A stretch of DNA of 40,306 nt from Oscillospiraceae bacterium (GTDB lineage: Bacteria; Bacillota; Clostridia; Oscillospirales; CAG-272), in assembly GCA_015064795.1 (NCBI GenBank), contig SVRO01000002.1, positions 1-40,306 of the forward strand, written 5' to 3'. Positions 16,593 through 25,854 of this stretch are shown piece by piece. Position numbers and translations under genes: made by a program. Positions within the stretch are counted from its first letter, which is position 1, and each line of letters opens with the position of its first letter. Under the pieces are notes generated by a model. The model was not told where the DNA came from, searched no databases, and saw only the letters and a list, made by a program, of their open reading frames with translations.

Positions 16593-16621
16593 TTGCTTTC
16601 TCGGAGAAGATATGGTATAAT
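16593..16621 (+). promoter_or_regulatory. putative promoter of the aminotransferase gene
   Basis: TTGCTT (16593-16598), 17 nt spacer, TGgTATAAT (-10 at 16616-16621). A 9-bp inverted repeat, AGAAGATAT / ATATCTTCT (16605-16613 / 16620-16628), overlaps the -10. Confidence 0.5.
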
Positions 16622-16665
16622 ATCTTCTGTTGTTATTTTATTCGACGAAGCGAAAGGAGTTTCCC

Positions 16666-17958
16666 ATGAATTATTCTTCGATGGGCAAGCAGGAGCTGCT
16701 CGCAGAGCAGGAAAAACTGAATAAGGAATACGAGGAATATCGGTCAAAGGGGTTTTCTCTTGATCTTTCGCGCGGCAAGCCCGGCAACAAGCAGCTCGAC
16801 TTGATGACGGGAATGCTCGATTGCATTTCGAAAAACGAGGACTGTCGTTCGGCAAACGGCGTGGATTACCGTAACTACGGACTTCTGGACGGCGTCCCCG
16901 AGGCAAAGAGGCTTTTCTCGGAGCTTCTGGATATTCCCGAAAAAAATATTTTGGTGGCGGGAAATTCGTCGCTGAATTTGATGTATGACGCGGTGGCACG
17001 CGCTCTGCTTTACGGCGTGGTGGGGAGCTTGCGCCCTTGGTGCCGCGAGGCGAAGGTCAAATTCCTTTGTCCTTCGCCCGGCTACGATCGCCATTTTGCT
17101 ATTTGCGAATCGCTTGGTATTGAGATGATCACGGTGGATATGACGCCCACAGGACCCGATATGGAGGCCGTGGAGGCGCTTGCGGCGGCCGATAGCAGCA
17201 TTCGCGGCATTTGGTGCTGTCCCAAGTATTCAAATCCCGACGGTGTGACCTATTCAGACGAGACGGTAACGCGCCTCGCCTCCATGAAGACGGCGGCACC
17301 CGACTTCCGTATTTTCTGGGATAACGCTTACGTGATCCACCATCTGTACGAGGATGACCGCGACACGCTGTTGGATATTTTTAAGGAGTGCAAGAAGTAC
17401 GGAACCGAAAATCGTGTCTTCTACTTCGCCTCGACCTCCAAGATCTCATTCCCCGGCTCAGGCGTTGCCATTTTTGCGGCATCCGAGGAGAATTTGGCGC
17501 AGATCAAGCCCATCATGAGCGCACAGACCATCGGCTACGATAAGATCAATCAAATACGTCACGTCAAGTACTTTCAGAGTGCAGAGAACATTCATAAGCA
17601 CATGACGGTGCTGGCTGACCTCATTCGCCCGAAGTTTGAGATCGTGCTTGACATTTTGGCGAGCGAAATTGGGGAGAGCGGCGCGGCAACCTGGACCAAG
17701 CCCAAGGGCGGCTATTTTGTAAGTCTTTATACGATGGACGGTTGCGCGAGAAGGACGTATGCTCTGGCGCTTGAAGCAGGTGTTCAGCTTACGAAGGTCG
17801 GCGCGACCTATCCTTACGGCAACGATCTGCGCGACCGCAACATTCGTATCGCGCCCACGTACCCGTCCGACGAGGATCTTTGCGTGGCAATGAAGGTGCT
17901 TGCCGTTTGCGTTAAGCTGGCGGCCATCGAAAAGCTGCTTCATGAAATGAGCGAATAA
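16666..17958 (+). CDS. PLP-dependent aminotransferase (class I/II fold)
   Basis: ATG at 16666 with RBS AAAGGAG, about 430 aa. Contains LDLSRGKP and a [11 protein letters not shown] region (candidate PLP lysine). Substrate not assignable. Confidence 0.65.
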   Translation: MNYSSMGKQELLAEQEKLNKEYEEYRSKGFSLDLSRGKPGNKQLDLMTGMLDCISKNEDCRSANGVDYRNYGLLDGVPEAKRLFSELLDIPEKNILVAGNSSLNLMYDAVARALLYGVVGSLRPWCREAKVKFLCPSPGYDRHFAICESLGIEMITVDMTPTGPDMEAVEALAAADSSIRGIWCCPKYSNPDGVTYSDETVTRLASMKTAAPDFRIFWDNAYVIHHLYEDDRDTLLDIFKECKKYGTENRVFYFASTSKISFPGSGVAIFAASEENLAQIKPIMSAQTIGYDKINQIRHVKYFQSAENIHKHMTVLADLIRPKFEIVLDILASEIGESGAATWTKPKGGYFVSLYTMDGCARRTYALALEAGVQLTKVGATYPYGNDLRDRNIRIAPTYPSDEDLCVAMKVLAVCVKLAAIEKLLHEMSE

Positions 17959-17966
17959 AAACGAAG

Positions 17967-18002
17967 AAAGAACAGACTTTAAAATGGGTCTGTTCTTTTT
18001 GG
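17967..18002 (+). terminator. rho-independent terminator
   Basis: Stem AGAACAGAC / GTCTGTTCT (17969-17977 / 17988-17996) followed by TTTTT. Confidence 0.75.
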
Positions 18003-18164
18003 TTTTAAAACAAGAAGAATACAGAAGAAATGAAAATAAAAATTCCTTTTTCGGAAAAATAAAGAAAGTTATATTCGAGTTCTTATTTGAGAATATATTT
18101 TGACACCAAAATATAAAACAAAAATAAATTTTTCCTTTTTGAGAAAAAATAATGCAAAAACCTA

Positions 18165-18193
18165 TTGACAAAATGGAAAAAAAGAGGTATAAT
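18165..18193 (+). promoter_or_regulatory. consensus sigma-A promoter of recA
   Basis: TTGACA (18165-18170), 17 nt spacer, TATAAT (18188-18193), preceded by ~160 nt of very AT-rich DNA. Confidence 0.65.
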
Positions 18194-18242
18194 TGGTGCA
18201 TTGAAAGAGATTTTACTACCGTTTTGGAAAGGAATGTACATT

Positions 18243-19361
18243 ATGGCTACGAAAAAAGCACCCAAAACCGTTTTGGTAACCGACGATAAGGAGGCCAAGC
18301 TCAAGGCGTTGGATACGGCGATCGCCCAGCTTGAGAGAAATTACGGCGAGGGCGCCGTGATGAAGCTTGGTGCTAACACGCACATGGCTGTGCAGGCGGT
18401 CTCCACCGGCTCGATCGCGCTCGACATGGCACTCGGTATCGGCGGTGTGCCGCGCGGAAGAATCATCGAGATCTTTGGTCCCGAGTCCTCGGGTAAGACT
18501 ACGGTTGCTTTGCATATCGTGGCCGAGGTGCAGAAGGCTGGCGGCGAGGCGGCGTTTATCGACGCCGAGCACGCGCTTGATCCCGTGTACGCCAAGGCGC
18601 TTGGCGTAGATATTGACAACCTGCTCGTTTCCCAGCCCGACTGCGGCGAGGACGCGCTGGAGATCACCGAGGCGCTCGTGCGCTCGGGTGCCATTGACGT
18701 CGTGGTCATCGACTCGGTGGCGGCTCTCGTTCCCAGACAGGAGCTGGAGGGCGATATGGGGGCATCGCAGGTCGGTGCGCAAGCAAGACTTATGTCGCAG
18801 GCCATGCGTAAGCTCTCGTCGGTCATTTCCAAGAGCAATGCGATCGTTATTTTTATCAACCAGCTTCGTGAGAAGGTGGGTGTGATCTACGGCAATCCCG
18901 AAACTACGACTGGCGGCCGCGCGCTCAAGTTCTATGCCTCGGTGCGTATCGACATTCGCAAGACCGAGCAGCTCAAGAACGGCAACGATATCTACGGAAA
19001 CCGTGTCAAGTGTAAGATCGTCAAGAATAAGGTGGCACCGCCCTTTAAGGTGGCTGAGTTTGACATTCTTTACGGTAAGGGCATCTCGCGTATCGGTGAG
19101 GTGGTGGACATTGCCATCGCGCTGGATATTATTAAGAAGAGCGGCTCGTGGTTCTCGTACGAGGGCGAGCGTCTCTGTCAGGGCAAGGATAACGTCCGAA
19201 AGATCGTGGAGGGCAACCCCAAGATGTTTGAGGAGCTCAACGCCAAGGTGCGCGAGATGAGCGGTAAAATGAATCTGGATGATGATGAATTTGATATGGA
19301 CGAGGATGGCGACGACGATTTCGATATTCGAGCGCTGAAGAGTGACGACGATGAGAATTGA
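18243..19361 (+). CDS. recA: recombinase RecA
   Basis: Walker A is GPESSGKTT, followed by the canonical RecA core and an acidic C-terminal tail. Start trimmed to MATKKAPK...; the ORF-track TTG start lies inside the promoter. Confidence 0.95.
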   Translation: MATKKAPKTVLVTDDKEAKLKALDTAIAQLERNYGEGAVMKLGANTHMAVQAVSTGSIALDMALGIGGVPRGRIIEIFGPESSGKTTVALHIVAEVQKAGGEAAFIDAEHALDPVYAKALGVDIDNLLVSQPDCGEDALEITEALVRSGAIDVVVIDSVAALVPRQELEGDMGASQVGAQARLMSQAMRKLSSVISKSNAIVIFINQLREKVGVIYGNPETTTGGRALKFYASVRIDIRKTEQLKNGNDIYGNRVKCKIVKNKVAPPFKVAEFDILYGKGISRIGEVVDIAIALDIIKKSGSWFSYEGERLCQGKDNVRKIVEGNPKMFEELNAKVREMSGKMNLDDDEFDMDEDGDDDFDIRALKSDDDEN

Positions 19362-20010
19362 GCTTACATCGGGCGCAATATCGGAGGGCGGCAAGGAGAT
19401 CTATCTCACCGTGGAGATACACGGGGGAGAGAAGAGCGAGAAGCGGAGCTTTACGCTGCCGCGCGCGCTTTATGAGGGGCTTTGTCTGCCCATGCCGCCC
19501 GCCGAGATCACCGAGGAAAACGTATACGAGATCATGTCTGCCGACGAGCAGTACCGCGCCATCAAAAAGGCCTTTGATATTTTGGCATACGGGCGTAACT
19601 CGGTGAAGACGCTCGTCGATAAGCTCCGTCATCGCGGCTTTTCGGACGAGGTGGCCGAGTATGCGGCATCCTATATGCAAAAAAATGGCTATTTAAAGGA
19701 AAATAACGATGCCGAGCGCGAGGCCGAGTGCTGTGTGGAGAAGCTTTGGGGCAAAAAACGTATCATGATGCATCTTCACCAAAAGGGATATGACGGCGAG
19801 GCCTTTGCGGCGGCCATGGCGTATCTCGAAACGGTGGACTTCGTCGAGCTTTGCGTCAAGCTGATCCGCCAAAAATACCGCACGCTTCCCAAGGACGAAA
19901 AGGAGCGGCAGAAGGTCATAGCTGGGCTTGTGCGTCATGGGTATACCTTCTCGGAGATCAAGGATGCCGCCAAGATCGTGGAGTATTATGAGCTCCCGGG
20001 AAGAATATGA
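19351..20010 (+). CDS. recX: RecX-family regulatory protein
   Basis: Immediately downstream of recA, overlapping it by 11 nt. Helical repeats resemble RecX ([32 protein letters not shown]...). Confidence 0.7.
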   Translation: MRIELTSGAISEGGKEIYLTVEIHGGEKSEKRSFTLPRALYEGLCLPMPPAEITEENVYEIMSADEQYRAIKKAFDILAYGRNSVKTLVDKLRHRGFSDEVAEYAASYMQKNGYLKENNDAEREAECCVEKLWGKKRIMMHLHQKGYDGEAFAAAMAYLETVDFVELCVKLIRQKYRTLPKDEKERQKVIAGLVRHGYTFSEIKDAAKIVEYYELPGRI

Positions 20011-20032
20011 TCGGTGCAAGCTGAAATCATCC

Positions 20033-20093
20033 CAAAAAACCAAGAGGTAGGCGAGATACTCTTATTGGAGTATCTCGCCTACCTCTTGGTTTT
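20033..20093. terminator. bidirectional terminator with an unusually long perfect stem
   Basis: Perfect 22-bp stem CCAAGAGGTAGGCGAGATACTC / GAGTATCTCGCCTACCTCTTGG (20040-20061 / 20068-20089) with a 6-nt loop. A6 lies upstream and T4 downstream. It sits between the convergent recX and DMT genes. Confidence 0.8.
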
Positions 20094-20098
20094 ATCTT

Positions 20099-21022
20099 TT
20101 AACTCGTTTTTACTTTTTTCTTTTTCCGTGAGGGAAACTGCATTTGCGACAGAAGAATGGCCATCAGCATGAGGACACAGCCGAAGATCTCGCGTCCCGA
20201 GGGGATCGTCCAGAGAATGACCGACTCGGCGACCACGGCGAAGAAGGACTCAAAGCTCATGATGAGCGAGCCTACTGTGGGCTCGGTGTACTTCTGTCCA
20301 ACCGTTTGGAGCGTATATGCTACGCCGCAGGAAAGCACACCCGCAAAGAGAATGGGGCCGAGCGCGGCCATGATCTTATCGGGATTAAAGCCCTCGAAAA
20401 TGAACATCGGAATTGCGGAAAAGACGCCCGAAACGAAGAATTGAATACAGGACAGCTTTAAGCAATCCACGCGCGGTGCAAAGCGGTCGATGGCGAGGAT
20501 CTGAAATGCGAACGCGATCGCACACATCAGCGTCAAAAAGTCGCCAACGGTAATGCCCTTGTCCGCGCCCGTGATGCAAAGCAGATAGAGTCCTGCTACG
20601 GCAAGTGCGACGCAGATCCAGAAGTGGTTGCTCACCCTTTTACCGAAAAAGAGGCTGATGATCGGGACGAAAAGGATATACATGGCGGTGATGAAGCCTG
20701 CTTTGCCTGCCGAGGTACCGTATGCAATGCCGACCTGCTGGAAGCAGGAGGCAACGCACAGGCAGAATCCGCAGACAAGGCCGCCGTAGATCAGTTCCTT
20801 TTTGGTTGCTATGGTCATGGGTTGGTAGGTACCGTCTCTCTTCTTTTTGAAATCCAAAATAAAAATGACGGGCAATAGGACGATCGCACCGATGATCGAT
20901 CGCACCGCCTGATATTCAAACGGGCCGATGTGCTCCATTGCCACGTCTTGGGCGACGAAGGTGCACCCCCAAATGAGCGTTGTCAGAAAGAGAAGAATAT
21001 TTCCTTTAATCTGTGATTTCAT
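20099..21022 (-). CDS. DMT-superfamily (EamA-like) transporter
   Basis: 307 aa, about 10 TM helices, duplicated EamA-type halves. Confidence 0.75.
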   Translation of the reverse strand: MKSQIKGNILLFLTTLIWGCTFVAQDVAMEHIGPFEYQAVRSIIGAIVLLPVIFILDFKKKRDGTYQPMTIATKKELIYGGLVCGFCLCVASCFQQVGIAYGTSAGKAGFITAMYILFVPIISLFFGKRVSNHFWICVALAVAGLYLLCITGADKGITVGDFLTLMCAIAFAFQILAIDRFAPRVDCLKLSCIQFFVSGVFSAIPMFIFEGFNPDKIMAALGPILFAGVLSCGVAYTLQTVGQKYTEPTVGSLIMSFESFFAVVAESVILWTIPSGREIFGCVLMLMAILLSQMQFPSRKKKKVKTS

Positions 21023-21038
21023 ATTATTACCGTTTCTT

Positions 21039-21518
21039 TTATTTGTGATATTTTGTGCCTTTTAAGATGTTAAAACACCTATAAAAAATTTCCATCAGCA
21101 TGACGCGTACAAGCTGATGTGGAAAGGTGAGCTCGGAGATCGAAAGACGGAGGTCGCAGGCCGATTTTACCTTGTCGGAAAGCCCGTGCGAGCTTCCGAT
21201 GATAAGAGTGAGTGCGCCGTGGCTCTGCTCAATGGCTGCAAGCCTCTCGGCCAGCTTTTCCGAGGAGAATTGCTTGCCTTCCACGCAAAGCGCGATCTTA
21301 TAGCTTCTCGGAAGTGTGGCTTTGAGAATGCGGTCTGCCTCCTCGTCAAGTGCTTTGCCGATCTCGGCAGGGGAGGGATTTTCGGGAAGCTTATATTCCT
21401 TCAGCTCTACAAGCGAGAAGGAACAGAAGGCCGACAGGCGCTTTTCGTATTCCGCGATGGCCTCGCGCAAATAGCTTTCTTTCAGCGAGCCGACGCAAAC
21501 GATTCGAAAATTCAGCAT
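21039..21518 (-). CDS. rlmH: 23S rRNA (pseudouridine1915-N3)-methyltransferase RlmH
   Basis: 159 aa SPOUT protein (MLNFRIVCVGSLKESYLREAIAEYEKRL ... IGSSHGL). Confidence 0.85.
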   Translation of the reverse strand: MLNFRIVCVGSLKESYLREAIAEYEKRLSAFCSFSLVELKEYKLPENPSPAEIGKALDEEADRILKATLPRSYKIALCVEGKQFSSEKLAERLAAIEQSHGALTLIIGSSHGLSDKVKSACDLRLSISELTFPHQLVRVMLMEIFYRCFNILKGTKYHK

Positions 21519-22342
21519 GCCGCATTCTCCTTTTCTTCGTTTTCTGTCAGTTCGTGGGGCTCCTCACGCACAAGCCAAACCGGCTCACGTGGGTCGGCAA
21601 CGGCCACATTTACGCCGCTTCCGGCGAGCGCGCCGAACACCTCGTCAAAGGCAATGTCGGGCGTATTGTTGGTCTCGCTTAGGTGCGCCAAAAGAATGTG
21701 CTTTGTGCCGTTTTCGGCAAGCTTTAGGGCAAGCGAGGTGCAGTCTATATTTGATAAATGTCCCCGTCGAGACAAAATTCTTTGCTTTAGCGGATAAGGA
21801 TAGGGCCCTTCCTTTAGCATTTCGATATCGTGATTACACTCTAAAACCACTGCCTCACACCCTGTAAGTCCTTCCACGACGGCCTCCGAGAGAAAACCCA
21901 CGTCGGTGGCGTAGCCCACCTCGTGACGCATGCCGTTCTCGGTAAAGGAGAAGCGGAAGCCCACGCTTGCGCGGCTGTCGTGCGGTGTGGGGAAGCTTTT
22001 TACGATAAGTCCGTCAAGGGATTCCTCGTAGAGAATGGGGTGTATCACCAAATTTTCGGTCAAAGCACCGTCGCTTGCCAAAGGAAGTCCCTTAGCCGAG
22101 GCTTCGACGATATGTACGGGGAGCCGGTGCTTTTTGAGAAGATTTTCAAGGGCTGAGGTGTGATCGTTATGCTCGTGCGTTAGAAAAATGGCACGGATTT
22201 CCGAGACGTCGGTGCCGATCGCGGTAAGCGCGCGGCAGAGCGCACGTGCGCTCTTGCCCGCGTCTACCAAAATCGAGACACCGCCGAGCCGTAGATAGAC
22301 GGCGTTGCCGCTTGAGCCCGAATAGAGAGAACAAATTTGCAT
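21512..22342 (-). CDS. MBL-fold metallo-hydrolase (YycJ/WalJ-like)
   Basis: HxHxDH motif LTHEHNDH. Its position directly upstream of rlmH matches many Firmicutes. Confidence 0.8.
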   Translation of the reverse strand: MQICSLYSGSSGNAVYLRLGGVSILVDAGKSARALCRALTAIGTDVSEIRAIFLTHEHNDHTSALENLLKKHRLPVHIVEASAKGLPLASDGALTENLVIHPILYEESLDGLIVKSFPTPHDSRASVGFRFSFTENGMRHEVGYATDVGFLSEAVVEGLTGCEAVVLECNHDIEMLKEGPYPYPLKQRILSRRGHLSNIDCTSLALKLAENGTKHILLAHLSETNNTPDIAFDEVFGALAGSGVNVAVADPREPVWLVREEPHELTENEEKENAAC

Positions 22343-22357
22343 GGGGAACCTTTCTGC

Positions 22358-22777
22358 TTATTGAAAAAGTGCGGAAAACCAAGCGGCAAGCGCAAGATTT
22401 GGAAACACATAGACATCAAGAAGCTTATAAAAGAAGGTGAAGATCATAGGAACGATGATCAAAAAGGCCTTTTTGCTTTTTTGACGGCGTGCTTTCAGAT
22501 CGGCGAGAAAATTCTCGCGCATTTGCTTGTCCCAAGTGGCAGGAAGCTCGTCGGTTGTGGGAAGCTTGCCGACGAGTCCCTTATTCATATAGATGTACCA
22601 CATCGCCGCGGCAAGCGTGATTGCGCCGTAGACGATGCTGATCGTGATCTCGTGTCCCATATCCCATATGACGAGATAAACGCCGAGAAAGAAAATGATG
22701 CTTACCGCAAGCGAGATCACGAGACGGAAATTGAAGCGCGAAAGCGCGGCTTTGAGTGATGGTTTCTTTGGCATCAT
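22358..22777 (-). CDS. hypothetical membrane protein (about 3 TM helices)
   Basis: Start trimmed to MMPKKPSLK, 5 nt after the galK stop. The hydrophobic segments are clear, but there is no recognisable family and no strong RBS. Confidence 0.5.
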   Translation of the reverse strand: MMPKKPSLKAALSRFNFRLVISLAVSIIFFLGVYLVIWDMGHEITISIVYGAITLAAAMWYIYMNKGLVGKLPTTDELPATWDKQMRENFLADLKARRQKSKKAFLIIVPMIFTFFYKLLDVYVFPNLALAAWFSALFQ

Positions 22778-22781
22778 AGGC

Positions 22782-24059
22782 TTAAAGAACACGCAGGGCG
22801 CCGTGTGGGCGGATACGAAGAACGATACAAGCTCCCTCGCCAAAGGCGGCGTCCATAAGCGCGCGGTAGCCCTCTACGTCCTCTTGGCGAATGAAACTTT
22901 GAACGGTGCCTGCAAAGCCACCGCCATGTACGCGCCAAGCGGCTTTCTTGCCGCTAAGATATCCCTCGGCTAAGCAGAGCGCGAGCGAGAGACCCTGCTC
23001 ACGCACGTTTTTCGTGGTGTATACGTTTTGTAGATAGCAGAAGGAGGAGCGGCCCGACTCGATCACCTTTTCTAAGAAGCAGTCAAGGTCACCGCGCAAA
23101 AGGGCTTGCTTCTGCTCGGCAACGCGGCGGTTTTCCGCAAAAAAGTGCAGGGCGCGGAGAATCGCGCGGTCACAAAATCCTTTGCGAAGTGCTGGGAGCT
23201 CGGCAAGCACGTCCTTTTCCTCGATCTCACGCAGATAGGGCTTTCCGAAATGCGAAGCAATCGCCTTCATTTCGGCGGGGATTGCAGCGTAATCCTCGGT
23301 GAGATCGGCGTGATTGCCGCCCGTATTTACGATGCAAAGCTTGTAGTCCGTCATGTCGGCCGCGATGTTTTCAATCACGGGCGCGGACTCGCTGGCAAAA
23401 TCAATGGCAACGATGCCGCCTGCGGCGCAGGCGACCTGATCCATAAGGCCGCAGGGCTTGCCGAAAAAGACATTCTCTGCGTACTGCGCAAGCTTTGCGA
23501 TTTCGACGTTGGATACCCGCCCGTCGTTGTAGGTGTGGTTCAAAATGTTGCCGATCATATCCTCAAAGGCGGCAGAGGAGGAGAGTCCCGACCCCTTTAA
23601 AACATTCGAGGTGGTGTAGGCGACGAAGCCACCGATCTTGTGGCCCTCCTTGAGAAAGCCTTGGCACATACCGGCGATCAAAGATGCAGAAGTTCCGAAT
23701 TTTGTTTCGTCCGGAACAGAAAAAGACGCAAAATCAACCGTGTCCTCGCCAAAGCCCTCGCTCTTAAGGCGAATCCTGTTTTCGTTCGTTTTAGCGGCAA
23801 CGGCCAAAATATCAAGGTCAATAGAGGCGGCAATAACGCAACCGTGGTTGTGGTCGGTGTGGTTGCCCGAAAGCTCACTTCTGCCCGATACCGAATAGAT
23901 GCCGACGTTCTCGCGGTCGCCGTACAGCTTTTCGAATTCGCGGATGGCGGCGAGATAGCGCTCCTTTTGCGTGGCGAGATTTTCTGCGCCGTAAAGCTCA
24001 ACAAGCGTTTGGTCAGCGGCGCCGTTTTTCAGTTCTTGGATAAGCTCGGAAATATTCAT
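22782..24059 (-). CDS. galK: galactokinase (GHMP kinase family)
   Basis: GRSELSGNHTDHNHG (galactokinase signature) and the GHMP ATP motif GSGLSSSAAF. Confidence 0.85.
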   Translation of the reverse strand: MNISELIQELKNGAADQTLVELYGAENLATQKERYLAAIREFEKLYGDRENVGIYSVSGRSELSGNHTDHNHGCVIAASIDLDILAVAAKTNENRIRLKSEGFGEDTVDFASFSVPDETKFGTSASLIAGMCQGFLKEGHKIGGFVAYTTSNVLKGSGLSSSAAFEDMIGNILNHTYNDGRVSNVEIAKLAQYAENVFFGKPCGLMDQVACAAGGIVAIDFASESAPVIENIAADMTDYKLCIVNTGGNHADLTEDYAAIPAEMKAIASHFGKPYLREIEEKDVLAELPALRKGFCDRAILRALHFFAENRRVAEQKQALLRGDLDCFLEKVIESGRSSFCYLQNVYTTKNVREQGLSLALCLAEGYLSGKKAAWRVHGGGFAGTVQSFIRQEDVEGYRALMDAAFGEGACIVLRIRPHGALRVL

Positions 24060-24106
24060 AAAAGAAGATTCCTTTCACCAATAAAATTAAACACAAAAAT
24101 CATTAT

Positions 24107-24135
24107 ATTATAACACGATTCCTATATCTAGTCAA
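24107..24135 (-). promoter_or_regulatory. putative galK promoter
   Basis: Minus strand TTGACT (24130-24135), 17 nt spacer, TGtTATAAT (-10 at 24107-24112). Confidence 0.55.
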
Positions 24136-24141
24136 GGTTTT

Positions 24142-24182
24142 CGAAAAAGAAGGGCGGAATTTTCCACGTGGAAAATTCCGCC
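24142..24182 (-). terminator. rho-independent terminator of oadB-oadG
   Basis: Perfect 30-nt palindrome GGCGGAATTTTCCAC/GTGGAAAATTCCGCC (24153-24182), followed on the minus strand by CTTCTTTTT. Confidence 0.8.
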
Positions 24183-24193
24183 AAGTCTTTATT

Positions 24194-24547
24194 TTAGTCT
24201 TCTTTTCTATCCTTGAACAGCTTGTTGAGACAAGCGGTGGCCAGAACGATCACGCCGATCACGGCGAAGATACCAAGCATACCCTTTGCCATATATTCCA
24301 AATTTTTTACGAAATTGGCAGGCTCGAATATCATTTTGGGGGCATCGTATTCCGTGGCATCGTCCTTTGCGACGGCATCTTCTGACTCAGCTTCAGTGGC
24401 GTCTGCGATTTCTCCGATTGCATTCTCGGGAACCATATTCTCGGGAGAAGCAATCTCGGTTTCAGCAAATGTTATGGGAACGAGCAGTGCGAACATTATG
24501 ACAAGCACCGTGACGAAAGAGATCCACTTCATATTTTTGTTTTTCAT
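24194..24547 (-). CDS. OadG-like small membrane subunit of a Na+-translocating decarboxylase (atypical, with N-terminal signal/TM and an acidic linker)
   Basis: RBS AAGGAGG. The C-terminal segment MAKGMLGIFAVIGVIVLATACLNKLF resembles the OadG TM helix. Sits directly downstream of the beta subunit gene. Confidence 0.55.
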   Translation of the reverse strand: MKNKNMKWISFVTVLVIMFALLVPITFAETEIASPENMVPENAIGEIADATEAESEDAVAKDDATEYDAPKMIFEPANFVKNLEYMAKGMLGIFAVIGVIVLATACLNKLFKDRKED

Positions 24548-24561
24548 ATTCTGTGACCTCC

Positions 24562-25659
24562 TTAAATGACTTCAAAGAATTTGAGGATCAGACCACCCGC
24601 GATGACCGATGCGATCTGGCCCGAAACGTTAACACCCATTGAATGCATAAGAAGGAAGTTTTGCGGATCTTCCTTGAGTCCCATCTTATGCACGATACGG
24701 CCGGACATGGGGAATGCCGAGATGCCTGCCGCACCGACCATGGGGTTGATCTTCTTCTTGAGGAAAAGGTTGAGGAGCTTGGCAAAGAGAACGCCGCCCG
24801 CCGTATCCACGATGAAGGCCACGAGACCGAGACCGAGGATGAGAAGCGTTTCGGGGGCCAAGAACTGATCGTAACGCATCTGCGTGGCAATGGTGATGCC
24901 AAGGAAGATGGTGACGAGGTTGGCAAGCACCTTCTGTGCCGTTTCGGACAGCGAGTCGAGAACGCCGCACTCACGAATGAGGTTGCCGAACATAAGGAAG
25001 CCGACGAGCGAAACCGATTCGGGAGCCACAAGACCTGCAATGACCGTGATAACGATAGGGAACAGGATCTTGGTAGTCTTGGAGACCGATTTTGCCTCGT
25101 AAGGCATACGGATCATGCGCTCCTTCTTAGTGGTGAGAAGCTTGATCACGGGGGGCTGAATGATGGGAACGAGTGCCATATAAGAGTAAGCCGCAACCGT
25201 GATCGGACCGACGTACGCAGAGCCGAGACGGTTGGCCACAACGATCGACGTGGGGCCGTCGGCCGCACCGATGATGGCGATGGATGCTGCGTCCTTAATA
25301 TCGGGGAAGAAGATGGACGCCATGCAAAGCGTAAAGAAGATACCAAACTGCGCCGCCGCACCGAAGATCATGAGCTTGGGGTTGGTGAGAAGCGGACCGA
25401 AGTCGATCATCGCACCGATGCCGATGAACAGGATGAGGGGGAAGAGCTCGTTGGCAATTCCCGCATTGTAAAGCGTGACCAAGGCCTCCACGTTGTCAAA
25501 GATAGGCAGGTTGACAAGGATGGCACCAAATCCGATGGGGAGGAGAAGCGTAGGCTCCATTTCCTTTTTGATGGCAAGGTAAATAAGAATGCCGCCGATG
25601 ATCCACATGGCGATTTGGCGTAGATCCAAATTCAGTAAATTTTCGTACAAAATTTCCAT
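24562..25659 (-). CDS. sodium ion-translocating decarboxylase, beta subunit (OadB/GcdB/MmdB family)
   Basis: 365 aa polytopic membrane protein with the characteristic N-terminus (IAMWIIGGILIYLAIKKEMEPTLLLPIGFGAILVNLP). Confidence 0.85.
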   Translation of the reverse strand: MEILYENLLNLDLRQIAMWIIGGILIYLAIKKEMEPTLLLPIGFGAILVNLPIFDNVEALVTLYNAGIANELFPLILFIGIGAMIDFGPLLTNPKLMIFGAAAQFGIFFTLCMASIFFPDIKDAASIAIIGAADGPTSIVVANRLGSAYVGPITVAAYSYMALVPIIQPPVIKLLTTKKERMIRMPYEAKSVSKTTKILFPIVITVIAGLVAPESVSLVGFLMFGNLIRECGVLDSLSETAQKVLANLVTIFLGITIATQMRYDQFLAPETLLILGLGLVAFIVDTAGGVLFAKLLNLFLKKKINPMVGAAGISAFPMSGRIVHKMGLKEDPQNFLLMHSMGVNVSGQIASVIAGGLILKFFEVI

Positions 25660-25717
25660 TTTGCGTTCCTTTCAAAGAGTAATATGACACGATTTTTATA
25701 AAAGCCAAAATCAATTT

Positions 25718-25746
25718 AGTATAGCATATATTTCCCAAAATGTCAA
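25718..25746 (-). promoter_or_regulatory. putative promoter of oadB-oadG
   Basis: Minus strand TTGACA (25741-25746), 17 nt spacer, TGcTATACT (-10 at 25718-25723). Confidence 0.55.
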
Positions 25747-25791
25747 GATTTTATTTCGCAAATTTGATGCCGTTATTTTTTGCCGGGACTC

Positions 25792-25820
25792 TTGCAATTT
25801 ATCGGAATATGTAATATAAT
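25792..25820 (+). promoter_or_regulatory. putative promoter of nnrD
   Basis: TTGCAA (25792-25797), 17 nt spacer, TATAAT (25815-25820). Confidence 0.5.
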
Positions 25821-25854
25821 GAAGAAAAGGCTTTTTCACAGGGAGGCAAGCATC

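Noticed and set aside
17960-18242. Searched the AT-rich recA upstream region for a LexA/Cheo box (GAAC-N4-GTTC). Also noticed a 10-codon mini-ORF, ATGAAAATAAAAATTCCTTTTTCGGAAAAATAA, at about 18030-18062.
   Set aside because: The only candidate, GTTCTTATTTGAGAA, has the half-sites in the wrong orientation and sequence. The mini-ORF has no convincing RBS and sits in DNA where short ORFs arise by chance.
24153-24182. Perfect 30-nt palindrome containing CACGTG at its centre, considered as a possible regulator site.
   Set aside because: It is followed by a T-run on the minus strand directly after the oadG-like stop, so an ordinary intrinsic terminator explains it fully.
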